Assembly (NCBI GenBank): GCA_047495785.1
Contig: JBLDXI010000009.1
Coordinates: 372,001 to 436,000, forward strand
DNA length: 64,000 nt
Direction: 5' to 3'
Source: Lepidodermella squamata
Lineage: Eukaryota; Animalia; Gastrotricha
Made by a program: the position numbers and the translations under genes. Shown piece by piece: positions 22,884 to 35,500 of the stretch; the first letter of the stretch is position 1; every line of letters begins with the position of its first letter. The notes beneath the pieces were generated by a model. That model was not told the DNA's origin and did no database searches. It saw only the letters and a program-made list of their open reading frames with translations.

Positions 22884-25800
22884 ATGACAAGCCACAAAGT
22901 TTCTTTCGCCAACGACGCGTCGAACCCGCAGCAGCAACAGGTGCCGTCTGCTGCTGCTGCGGCGGCGGCGTCGTCTAACCTCATCTTCAACCTCGGCGGC
23001 ATGTGCATCCGCGACTACCAACTCGCGCTGCATCGCATCGTCTCGGAGCTGAAATCTCGCGAGGACCAGGTTAGCCAGCTTCGAACGTGTCTCGTCGACC
23101 GCGAAGAAGCGATAACCAGCCTCAATGCTGAAATGGACGAACTCAAAAAACAAGTGACGGCGTTGAAACGCGCCGTTGCCGAAGCCCCGGCCGCGGCTTC
23201 TGTCGTCAGCCGGCCTGCCACGCTGATATCGACCCACGATGTCGCCGGAGAGTTGCATCTCAGCTCGCCGACTCTACCGCCATTCCGCAGAAGTTCGCAT
23301 TCGGCCGGCAATGCGTCGACCATGCTGACGCAAAGCCGCCGCGAACGACTTCGTATCGCGTTGGCTAAAAACGACCTACTCGGCCGGTTGGATGTCGAAC
23401 AGGCTGATGGGTTGATATCTCGCATGGTTGAACGCCGAGTTCAGCCGGGTGAAATCATTATCAAGGAAGGCGAACCTGGCGTGCGCATTTTCGTGATGGA
23501 AGACGGCGAGATTGAAATCACGCGCGAGGGCCAATTTCTCGTCCGACTTATGGGCCCGTTGGTGTTCGGAGAGTTGGCTGTCATTTACAATGCGCCGCGA
23601 TCCGCCACCGTTAAGGCGTCCTCTACATGCAAGTTGTGGACGATTGAAAGCAAAACGTTCCACCAATGCATGACTCGCATTCGGCAGCGAACTCTCGGCA
23701 AAATTGCAGCTGATTTGCGGAATATCGGCGTTTTCTCCACCTTGGCAAAAGCCACTTTAGTCTCAATTATCGATGCGGGTGAAGAGGTATGAATTTAGTT
23801 GCAATTATAAAGCTAGAAAACAGAGACGGCCGAGAAAAATCGAAATTTCAGTTTTTTAAGCTGGAATTTTTATTTAAATCATGCGATTTTTTAAATGTAT
23901 TAAAAGTGACAAATTTTCCCCTCAGATTTTCATTTCATTTTCATTGAAGTTCAAAATTTGTTCAAAATTTCTTTTTCTAATTTAATGATGATTTTGGTGT
24001 TCAATTTCAGCTGCGCTTCGACCCTGGCGATCGTGTTTCGATATCGCCAGGAACCTTGTACATTCTATCTGAAGGTCTGCTTCTTTCAACCTCTCACATT
24101 TGCTCGTGCGGGGATTCGACCGAGGGCCATGTGAAGTCCCCTCGAAAAGCCACGTGTCAGTACGAAACGATAGAATTGCGTGCGACAGCGTGTTTCTGCA
24201 CGCAACTGCCGCAGAACGTAGCTGCTGTTTTGTTAGCTCCATGTTCGCCGTCGCCTGATTCAACCGAAATTCGCCTGCTGTCAGCTGGTGATGTTGCAAA
24301 CCTCGAAGCTGCAAAAGAAAATCCGACTAAAGCGACATGCTATCGGCTTGATACCAACTAGTAATACATCATTTTTTGTTCATTTTTTGTATGATTTATG
24401 ATTAAATATTTCAGTGTCCTTCGAGCTCTTGAGAAGAAGGAGCAACCACCGCAAACCTTGTCGCTGAGTGCTGTAGAAATGAACAGTAGGATAAAGCGAA
24501 GCCCGACGCCAGCTCGGGAACCTTCACCAGCCGCCGACAACGGCATGTGCCCGGGTGACCTGTCGATAGTCGCCATGATGCCCTCCCGTGACGCCTTCTC
24601 GCACATGTTCTGCGTGGTGGATGCGAAAGCGGGCACGAGGCGCAATATTGGTCCGCTTTCTGAATCCGACGAATCCACAGCTGCCATGGACAGCAGTACG
24701 TCGAGCAACCGGTCAGGCAAGGCTGGCAGTTACATTGTGCGGTGGGTGCTGCGCCAGAAAGCTGAGGCGGCTGGCGTGGGTGATAGGCTCAACTCGGAAC
24801 GCCAACACTTACTGGCGTGTCAGTCATGTGATTTTATCGTTCGGTGAGTTTCACACATGCATTTTCTCTGCTAGAAACCAAGCTATTTCAGTCTAAATAT
24901 ACCGTATTTGATGAAATGCGTATGCAAAAATTGAATGACACAAATTTCCCGAGAATAGGCTTCTATTCGAGATACGGCTATGCAGGATGGGCTATAGCTA
25001 TAAGAAAAAGAAAGCACGTATGAATTTTTCAGAGCTTATAATGTTGCTATAATCTTAGAAGCCGTCATTGCCTTTCTTTACTCGAAACTCGTACATTCAA
25101 AGTTTGAATATCATCATTATAAGCCAAGACGGTGTTTATCGTCATCGTAGATACTTAGTACTTGAGACGATTCGTCTCAAGTACCAAGTCGTCCTAAGTG
25201 GCTTCAATCAGTCGAAAAAGTTATTCGGTATCTGAATCAGTGTTAATGAGTTTTTTTCCACTCGGCGTTGGTTTTGTCCATCACCGCTGTCTTAGAGCGA
25301 GATCCGAAAACGGCCATAAAATCAGGGTCATGTGTGGCTTTATAACGCTTGATGTGCGGGCTGTATTCAATTGTCTCGGGAAATTTGTTGTTTTGCCCGA
25401 AATCGAGGAGGGCTCTGATCCGTTCTTTCTCCGGAGTGTCGTACGGAGCGTACGGCCGGCCGCCTCCCGAACTTTCGAGCGCCTCGACTGGTGTGTTTGT
25501 GATGGCTGAAGAAGCCGCTTTGAGGGTCGAATCCGGCTTTGAGAGAGTCTTCGAAATCGAAAGGTTGATCGACGAAATACTTGCCGTCGGTGAGAACGCC
25601 ACTGACTTGATCGCTGATCGGCGACTGGAGCAAGAGCTGACAGAGCCAGCCCTTGATCGGCTTTCCGGCAACGCCCAAAGCTTGTCCAGCTTTCCTCCCA
25701 CTTCAGCCAGTGCAATTTTGAGGCTTTTCTCGGAGGAGAAGCAGGCCTAGAAAAGAGTAAAAGTGGTTATAGTGTAGTGAGCAGAGAGGTTTAAATTTCT

Positions 25801-28228
25801 AATACAATCAAAGTTGGAGTTTTTTCCGCATGTCATTGGCGGTGAAAGGGCTCTCAGTGAGTCCCCGATGCTGGCTCAACGCTCATCCTGATTTTAATAC
25901 AAAGCATGACTCACAAAAATGGAAGAATATTACTTTTCACCATCACCATCCGTATAATTGAAGCCATAAACTTCACCTCCATCTGAAGTTCCTCCATCGC
26001 AGACGCCGTAATTCGTCGAAGGATTGAATATCGTTGAACACAATTTTGTGCCACCCTTCGTTCTCGACGAAGGTCATTCGAACGAGCATTGTAGAAATTA
26101 AAAAAAAACTAAAAAATATGTTGAGTTGAAAAGTTCAGATGTGCGATAAAACTGAAAAAATGAAAAATTCGCGTGCCTTTTAAACCCACTACAACAGCCT
26201 TAAGAGGAGCGCCATGTAACTAGAAATACCAGCCCGTAGAAAAATAGTGGATTCACTGGTTCCACTAAATTCTGCTGAATCGCTTGCGGCTGATTCAGAA
26301 ATAAAGGCTTTGGTTTTCCTTAGCTCCGGCTTTTTCGGGTGATTACGCGACGTTTGGAGGCAGCAGGGGTGGTAACTGATTGATTTCGTTGATGTCGATG
26401 GATGCTCTATTATCGGCCCTGATGCTGCGGCATTCTGCTGCGGCGCAATTGAATTCGATGGCGGGGGAATCGCAGGGGGGGAGTCATCGGGAATATTGAC
26501 TTGCTGGGCGCCGTTGTTACTTTTAACTCTGTTCATAGCTACATAATGAGGAACCAAATGATCACGACCGATGTACAGGGTCGTTGGCCCGTTACTAAAG
26601 TGCAATATGTTGCGGTTACGCGAGTCAAAAAGGAATCAAACGGGATCGTCAGCCTTGACCTCCCATCCCAAGCTGTGTTTTGAAACCAACGGCTTCCTGC
26701 TGACTTCCATTAGAATAGCGCAGTTACAACCCATCTACACACGGTGTCATATGAGAGCGGCTTATGATTACCACCTAAAGTACCATCGGTCAATCGTTCC
26801 GATTGTAGTATCCAATCTTCGACAGATTTTTTGCTTGAAGCTTTTGTTCCAGCAGACATCCGGGGTCTGAATGTACCGCCAGGGATGATAGCCGTATAGA
26901 TATTCAATCGCCGTAAAACTGAATTCGTAGATTCACTAATATGACAGCGAAAAGAACCCCACACAAGAAGTCGGGGTTTGGAAATTTGAGCCGAAAGTCC
27001 GGCCTGTCTTACACAACCTCTCATCGGCACTTTGACTTGGTGAACAACTGATTTTGTTGCTCGATAGTAGCATTATATAATTCTACTATCGAAAGAATAG
27101 GATTTGGAAGAACGAAGTTACTGATTCTATTGGTATACATTTTTAATTTCGCGTTTTTCTTTGTTTATAGGCTTATAACCACGATGCAGGACTCGTTTTC
27201 CGTCTATTTCGTACTCGAAACTTGCGTCGGCGGTACCTTAGAAGGTCTGCTTAAAGCCTTGACGACGTCAACTGGCAGTTCGAGCAGCGGCGCATCATCT
27301 TCTTCAAACAGTGCTTTCTCGCTGATAACTTCGATGAAACGGCAAAACCGAACGCTGAGCTCAAGCGGCTCCGTGCTGTCATCGCGAAGCGGTGGCATCG
27401 AAGAAGAGTGGGCGCGCTTCTACCTCGCGTGCACCGTCGAGGGCGTCGATTTCCTCCACGCCAACGGCATCGTCCACCGCAATGTCAGCCCCGCCAGTGT
27501 TTGGATCATGGCGAACGGCTACGCCAAACTGGGCGACTTCTACTGGACGAAGTCGATCGGCGCCCGCAGCCGCACGTTCTCGCTGTGCGGCCCGGTCGAA
27601 CGCCTCGCACCCGAGGTCATGCTGAACAAAGGCCACGGGCTGGCGGCCGACCGCTGGAGCGTCGGCGTGCTGCTCTACGAAATGCTGGTCGGCAAGCCGC
27701 CTTTCCTGCGCGACGACCCGATGCAGACGTGCTCGGCCATCCTGGCCCACGCTGGCGGCAGCTCGTCGTCGAGCGACAACGACACGCTGGAGTTTCCGAG
27801 GCGAGTCGGCAAGGGCGCTCGCGACGCGATTCGCCGCCTCTGCCGGCCGTGCCCGGCCGATCGCATCATGTTCGACGACCTGCGGCAGCACCAGTTCTTC
27901 ATCCAGTCGAGCAGCAACGCCTTCGACTGGCAACTATTCCGCAGCCTGCAAATGGCGCCGCCTTTCGTGCCGAATGTAACATTCCACCTTAATTTTATGA
28001 AAATTTCAATTTTTTTATGCTAATTTCACACAGGTCGCCTCTACAACTGATGTCTGCCACATACCAGGCGCTAAGAAAGTCGTGAATCCGGTTCCGCTGA
28101 CTTCTTTGCACAGTAATGTTGCCGGCCTGAGCCTGGCTAGCCAAGAAAGCGGGATCGATTCGATGCCGCAGAGCTACTCATCGACAGCGTCTGGCCACGG
28201 GGCTTCGAATTGGTGCAAGGACTTCTAG
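22884..28228 (+). CDS. cGMP-dependent protein kinase (PKG)-like protein, predicted pseudokinase
   Basis: Coiled coil, CNB domain 'FGELAVIYNAPRSATVKA', degenerate second CNB, kinase-like 'CDFIVRLITTMQDSFSVYFVLETCVGG', 'APEVMLNKGHGLAADRWSVGVLLYEMLVGKPPF', C-terminal 'WCKDF*'. Exons are approximately 22884-23786, 24011-24360, 24416-24843, 27171-27975 and 28034-28228. Confidence 0.85.
26710..27030 (-). pseudogene. Decayed pogo/Tigger-type DDE transposase fragment in the PKG-like intron
   Basis: 'LLVWGSFRCH...TAIIPGG', then frameshifted 'YIQTPDVCWNKSFKQKI' and 'GGNHKPLSYDTVCRWV'. These resemble pogo DDE_1 motifs (LLVWDSFRxH; QPxDVxxNKPFK). Confidence 0.75.
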
Positions 28229-28953
28229 AAAGAGGCGCCCCCAGCAATAAAACCATCGTCCATCCGTGAAAATATCAGAGTGTTCTTTTCTACTGCTCCT
28301 CGATCCGCGAGCTTTTTCACGCAAAAATTTATAGATAAAATATAATATTAAGTTATGATTACTATTTACTGATATTTGACATTTTGTTGTGCCTTTTGGT
28401 GGAAGATGACATTTGAAGCTAACACCAAATAAAATGAATTGATTTAACGCAAAAATTGGTGGCATTTTTTGGATTTTGGCAACAGGTGTTACTCAGGTGT
28501 GCTGCTGAGATGAAGTTGCTAAGAGGCTGAATCATAAAAACACCAAATCTTCGCTTAATTACGACTGCTACGTGATGAAATTATCTGAGCGTAATAATCA
28601 AAACAGAGGAGGATAATTAATTCACGGCCATTTCGCGAAATGAGAACTTGCTACGATGAATATTATACGTACTACATGTAATGATACTCCGCAGTCAAGT
28701 GGTTCACGCATCGTTGCTCGGAAAATTGCAGCGGTCGAATTTTCATCAAGGTGAGCCGATTCACACGCAGCTGGCATGTCGAGATAAGAAAACTGCTCAA
28801 TTATTCACCCTCGCAGCGATAATTACGAGACCTTTATCATCAGTTGGCTGGCAAAAAAAACCAACTGATTACTTAGACACAATATTTCACAGCCGTTTAC
28901 TTTCAGTGCAAGCTAATTGCTTTATCGTTAGAGTTTAGAGTTTTTTACTCATC

Positions 28954-30038
28954 ATGTCTTACAATTATGATTCGAGTCGGCGAGCTGGAGGTTCATCGGC
29001 GAACCCGTTCGGCGAACCAGAGCGCGAGCCAACCGAGCAGGAACGCGTTGTAAGCCAAATTTTAGATGTTCAGCAGGAAAGCAAAAGCTCGACTCAACGC
29101 TCGCTGGCTTTGCTCTACGAAACCGAACAGATAGGCACGGCCACGGCTGAGGTAAGAAAGATTCCCCCCGGACTATGAGCTTAGATTAGTGAACAATGAC
29201 TTTTTAACACAGCAACTCATCGAGCAAGGAGAGAAACTCGACCGGATAGAGGGTACTGTGAAAAAGATCGATTCTGATTTGAAGCAGAGCCAGAAACATA
29301 TCAACGGTTTGAAAAGCGTTTTCGGCGGGGTGACGAATTGGTGGCAGGCTCGCAAAGAAAAGAAAAATGGCAAAGCCGAGCCAGAAGCGCTACCGGAGAC
29401 AGGTCTCAAGGGTGCTCTAAAACAGCAAGCTCAAAGCTCAGCAGCACAACCGACTCGAGCGGCCCGTGTCGGGGATGACTCGGGCTATTCTGCGGGTAGT
29501 TCGAGAGGAATAACTGGAGGCACGACGGTGCAAAGCGTCCTGGAGCAGAATGAACAGGATATCGAAGAAGACCTCGGTAAGTTCATGGCTTCTCTCTGGA
29601 TTCTATCATTGAGATTCGAAGAGTTCTAGTTTGCGTCCAGTCTGGACAATTAAGGCGAAATTTTCTATTTAAAATTACCTAGTTTAATGTAGTATTTATT
29701 CATTCCTTCCGCGCCAAAAATCTCAATCAGCAGCTGAAGCTGATAATACCCCTTCCCAAACTCAATCTTTACTCATCCCATTTCGATGATAGGAAAATTT
29801 TCCAGTTCACTAACGGCTCGCAAAGATTTACACCCTTGCCTATCATGATCGGTTTTTAATTTGTTATCCAGGTCAAATGGGGGTTTTAACCGATCGGTTG
29901 AAGTTCATGGCCGTTGCGATGGGTGAAGAAATGGACAAGCAGAACGTCGTTATCGATAGGATAAACAACAAAGTGGCAAATACCGACATGACGATGACGA
30001 ATCAAAACAAGCAGATGAACAAAATTCTAAAAAAATGA
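28954..30038 (+). CDS. SNAP29: SNAP29-like SNARE, copy 2 (exons 28954-29151, 29213-29576, 29872-30038)
   Basis: NPF motif; SNARE helices closely similar to copy 1 ('QQESKSSTQRSLALLY', 'DLKQSQKHING'); ends 'KQMNKILKK*'. Confidence 0.92.
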
Positions 30039-30613
30039 TCATCTATCAGTTATTTTTCCCTCCTCTGTAATCCAGTGATTATTGAATTGGAATTCTGCTT
30101 TCCCAACTTGATGATTAGTGCCGCACATAGTAGGTATTGACTTATATACGCGATTTCTTATAAAATATCTTTTCCTCAGCATTTATTTTATGGTAAAATA
30201 TTATAAGAAAGCCAAATTTTAAACTAATAAAAGTTGACAAGTTATGTATTGAAATGCAGCATGCCGTGATTAACCGAGTTGGCCTATTTATCGGCGCCGA
30301 TCACAGCCGCATCAGCTTGCGGTCTGTTTCCACGCAACTTATCGGTCTCGTCAATAATAAATTGCATCAATAAAAAACGCTACACACACACACACACACA
30401 ACCGTCCTATGCGACTGAAATTGCGGCAAAAAATAAGCACTGAAGTATGCGTAATACTATATGCCTACATGATGCCTACTATAGTTTTGAGGCTTTGTAC
30501 ACACAAAAGATTCAAAATGCAACCCATTGGTAATTTATACTAGCTAACGGGTATAAAATTTGTCTATAAGTGTTAACTATCAGTTTGTAGTAAAGCCTAT
30601 TCCCCGCGAGCTA

Positions 30614-31464
30614 ATGATTAAACGGATTGCGGCTAACATTAGCATTTACGCCGGTCTTCTAACGGCAGGTGATGTAGTTTGCCAACATCTCGAGTTCAGG
30701 ACTTCAGGCCTATCTTCAGATGATGCCGTTTGGGATCGGCGGCGAACAGGTAAAGTGATAACTCGTGTAAATTTCACTTTTGTATTCATTCATCAATAAC
30801 TAAAATTCAGGCAATTTCATGCTCGCTGGTTTGCCACTTGGAGCTCTCAGCCACATTTGGTATTCGTATTTAGATCGGCGATTCCCCGGCCGAGCGATTA
30901 GAACCGTTTTAATTAAAGCAGCTGCAGATCAAATTGTTTATACGCCTTTTTTCTACCTGTCTTTTTTCACGGGTAAGCAAATGAAGTCATCCATTCGATT
31001 TAATTAATCTTAATCACTCTCCTGTTTTCAGTTTGTGGCACTTTGGAAGGAAAATCACTGTATGAATGCTGGCTAGAGATCAAACAGAAAGCGCTGCTAG
31101 TTTATGCTGTAATTATAATTATATCTGATTATGATCCTTTCGTTCAACCAATGTATTGAAATACTAGACTGATTCGGTATTTTGGCCACCTGTTCAGCTA
31201 ATGAATTTCTACTACATCAACCCTCGATATCGCGTGTGTATGTTCTTTGCGTCCTAATTTTTTAATAATTCAAAATATTTTTCCGTAATGCCCTTCTTAT
31301 AGTGTGTGTTTCATGTGCAACGCTGTGCTGGAATGTATGGTTAAGCTTCTCAAAGGTAAGTAATTTGCCGTAAAATTATTGGAAAGAATCTAGCTCAACG
31401 TTTGAAATTACAGACGAGCAAGATAAGCTTTCAAACGGTGCAGGATTACTTCGATCGCAAGTAA
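30614..31464 (+). CDS. Mpv17/PMP22-family membrane protein, copy 2 (6 exons)
   Basis: 'AGDVVCQ', 'HIWYSYLD', 'KAAADQ', 'FWPPVQLMNFYYINPRYRV', 'WNVWLSF'; short GT-AG introns. Confidence 0.9.
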
Positions 31465-32529
31465 AATATATTTCAAGAAATTACTCAAGCCGATTCACCT
31501 CAATGCCAGTCATGCTTTCGACCGGTGGTTATATAATTATAATAAAGTAAAGAAGAAGCCAGCAATTTTTTATTTCTTTTTTTATTGTATTTCTTTCAAT
31601 AATTCCCTGTGTTCCATGATGGATGCATGGCTGAATCGAATGACCATCACGAGACATTATATTTTAGCAACAAGAAAATAATAATTATAATATAATAATA
31701 ATAATAATTTACCTGAAACAGAATTGTTGTTAATAAGATTAAACATTTAACATTTTTTGCGTTTTCATGAGAACAATCTGTCGAGAAACAAATATCGGGA
31801 CTTCGGACTAGTATAACGTATTATCAAGAAGCGCGTCAGACAAGTAGATGCATAAAATATAGAAGAGAATATCAATTCGATCTCTTTTTATTGTTTTGCC
31901 AAGGAGTTATACAAAATTATCTCCGAAAACATTGATGATGCCGTAAAAAATCGACAAGCAGCCTGCGACGAAATTTCAATGACGCAAAATAATGAGTGAT
32001 ATATATATGTCTAGGCGTAACGCTTTTTCCGCAACTATCGCAACTACCTATATGAGGTTGGAGCACAAGATTCATTTTCGAATGAGACACACATTGGGTA
32101 CAATAACACATCGACTTTTTCCCAATTTGCATTTTGAATAATAATAATAATGATAATTAAACTCAGGAAAGTTAGTCACCGTGTCTGTACAGCTGAATCG
32201 AGAGTAATAAAATATTTCCATTATATTTTTTCTATAAAAAATAATATACGGCATGCCAAGGTTCAAACTGAAATGAAACGCGATCTTCGAAAACAAAAAT
32301 AAATAATGTGTTACTTTTTCTGTAATCACTGATAACTGATTATCGAATATATTATTGATTTGCCGCGTAATTTCACTTTTGTGAGGTTATCAATATAAAT
32401 TTGGGTTCGACATTATTACACGAGAAAAATAGTTTGTTATGAACCATAATTATTAATGTTAAAAATGCACGAATGTCGTCGAGAGAGAAAACAAAGAAGA
32501 CGAAGAAGCAACATAAAAAATGGGCGCCA

Positions 32530-35500
32530 TCACACGACGGCTTTCGTTGTGACGCCGCTGGGTGACGTGCCAGGCGACGCCGGGCCGATATCGCAGACAC
32601 CAGCCATGTCCACGATGGTAGCCATCTTCTTCGCCTCGCCCGTGCCCGACGCCAGAGTATTGTACTGTTGCTGCAGTTGATTCGTCATTGGGTCAATTGA
32701 ATATTGCTGCGGCGGCGGCAGTGGCGGCGCCGGTGCGTTGACCTGCCAACCGATGGGCACCGCTTCCACCTGCCGGACCACCGGCGCTGTTGAAATGACA
32801 ACACCGCCGTATTTCGCCTTCAAACGCTCCTCACGTCTCCGCCTCCATTGCCGATATTCGGTCAGCAACCACGCATTTTCACCAATCATAGCGATGCCAC
32901 GCTGAAATTACAATTATTGTTCATTGTTCATTAACTAGGCTTGGGCGAGCACGGGATTGACAGGCGTTTTAGCCCTGATAAAATATTACAAACTTACTTG
33001 TCTGAGGGAGCCAGGAGTGGAAGCGAACAGATAAATGGCGTAGATAGGGACACAGCTGATCGATAGGAAAGTGAGACACCATCCGAGGTAGCCTGCCCAT
33101 TCCGGGTACTGAATGTTGCGATAGCTGGTCTCCTTCGGCCGGAAACAAGCCGTCACAAATGAAAACTACAACAAACATCATAACATTATTGAATCGCAAG
33201 TAATGGAAAAATTCTTACCAAAACAATAACCGGAGCAATAAAGCACCAGCAGAATTTCCAGAACGCACCAGGTTCTTTGCCATTCATCATAGCGATGTCC
33301 TTTGAAAATTGCGGTATGCCTGAAACATAAAAATAACATAAAACGGAAATTAATCATGAGTTAGAAGAGTTTGCCCTACCATAAACATAGCACACGCCGA
33401 CACATTCGAGGAAGGCAAGGAAAAGAAGAGGTATTTCTACACCGTACTGATCGTAAAATTCTACTAACAAAATGCCACCCTAAAACAAGGATCGGAATTC
33501 ATCTTCAATATATTTTGAATTGTGAATCAATTCTTACGTAAGTGCAGGTTGGAAGCGCGCCGAAATAAATGTAGATAACAACAGCTAGAACGAAGTATTC
33601 GCGACGTCTGTAAAGCTTGAGGGGAAGGTAATCCAGCAGGCCGGTGATCATCGATTCTAAACCTCCAAACTAGATTAGGGAAAAACATTATTTAAATTAT
33701 GCGATTTTCTAACATTTTAGAGCGTTTACCGTCGTATCGAGGCCTAAATTGATGAGCATGGCGAAAAACAGAACGGCCCAAATCGGGGCACCGGGCAGTG
33801 TCGATATAGCTTCGGGATAGGCGACGAATGTCAAGCCGTGGCCGAAGGTTTCCAACTGATCGACCGTCTTGTTGAGCATGCCCGCGATGTAGCCAAGCGT
33901 TCCGAACACAACAAAGCCAGCCATGATTGAAGTAAACGAACTAATCGCTGTAGTAATTATAGCGTCCCTAGAATTTCAGGAATCCTCAGGTGAGTGTAAA
34001 TATTTTCATAAATTCTGGCATTACGTTAAACAATTGTTGTGAAATTTGTTGTAGCTAGATAACGCTAGTAGGACGCCGAAGCCCGGGCCCAGCTGGAAAA
34101 GCACCTGGCCGGCGGCAACTTGCCAGACGCGCAATTCTAGCAGCGCTTCGAGGTTAGGCGTGAGGTAGTACTGAACGCCGACCCATGAACCAGGCAGCGT
34201 CATGACACGGAAGAAGAGAATGAACAGAACGCCGTAGGGAAACGTTGCTGTAAACCAGACAGCCTTGCCCGATGATTTGACGCCCTTCCATAGCGCGAAA
34301 TAAACGATGACGAAGATGCTGGCAAGGCATAACGAAATCTGCCACTTGATCGGGCCTAAATCGGAGAAGCCGTTCGAACGCTGAAGCTCAAGAACGCCGT
34401 TGCTAAACGATAATGAAATTTCAAATTCATCAATTTCCCAATATGAAGCATTGCTAGAGAAACTCACAAAAAGTATTCCTCTGCTGACGATGTTTGGTTC
34501 ATGAACTGCACTCGAGTGGTACCGCCCTCGATGGCCATACTGCAGATGGCCTCGGCATCGAGGGTTGTAGTCTCCGCGTCCAGAGCCGACTGTTGTGCGC
34601 TGCCCGAGCCAGCCGACTGTCCGCCCAACGAACCGGCTGAGGAAACGCCCAGGTCAGTCCTTAGGAACAAGAACGACTCACCCAGCGGCCGGTTCATGGT
34701 ACTTGTTTCATGTGGCACGCCTGTTTTTGTTGCGTTCAGTTGTCTCGTGCAGTTTTTAATTATTTCTAGCACGTGACTTCAAAATCAATGGGATTAGTTT
34801 GGATTTTTGAATGGAATTCATTTTCACCTGGTGAGCTTTTTCCTGTCTTCGAACGTAACGCAAGAATCGTTCGAGTTCCACGGATTGTCGCAGCTTTCCC
34901 ACGGCAATGTTGTGGAAATTGAAGACAGCAAAATGTACAAGGACCACGCCATTATTGTGTTGTAATACTAAAAGAATTAATATTAACGTTTCGATAATAT
35001 GGCAATTGGTCTTATTACCATGGCGACGACACTTGTAATGAGGCAGATGGCAAAGCCGAGGCCTTTGAACATTGGGCATATTTTATTCCAAATTGTGATA
35101 CAGCCATTCCTGTGGAATTGGCCTAGGCAGAACTCCATGTACATGAGAGGAAGACCGCAGATCAAAATCATGATCAAGTACGGCAGCAGAAAAGCTCCGC
35201 CACCATTGCTAGATGAAGGCATTAAATATGAAAAAATTAGACATAATCTTGGCGAAAATACCTGAAGCAGACAGCCGGGAAGCGCCACACCGCTGAAAGA
35301 TCGACTGCAAAGCCTACAACGGAGAGTAGGAAGTCCACCTTCGAGTCCCACTGCTCTCGCTCGACAACAATCTGCTGTGGGATTTCGACTTTTTTCGACG
35401 AATCGAGGCCGATTTGCGAGACGAGATTGCCGGCGAACTTGACGACGACGTTTTCGAGATCGCCGCGCCGTTGCATTTGGCTGAAGTGCCCGCCGATAAC

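Noticed and set aside
24897-24980. TACCGTA...TACGG as a possible pogo TIR
   Set aside because: No matching end is found beyond the transposase fragment near 27.1 kb, so the element boundaries cannot be set.
27379-27992. Long alternative-frame and antisense ORFs over the kinase exon (similar ones at 10817-11362, 7148-7720 and within 47-54 kb)
   Set aside because: These are shadow ORFs of real coding sequence.
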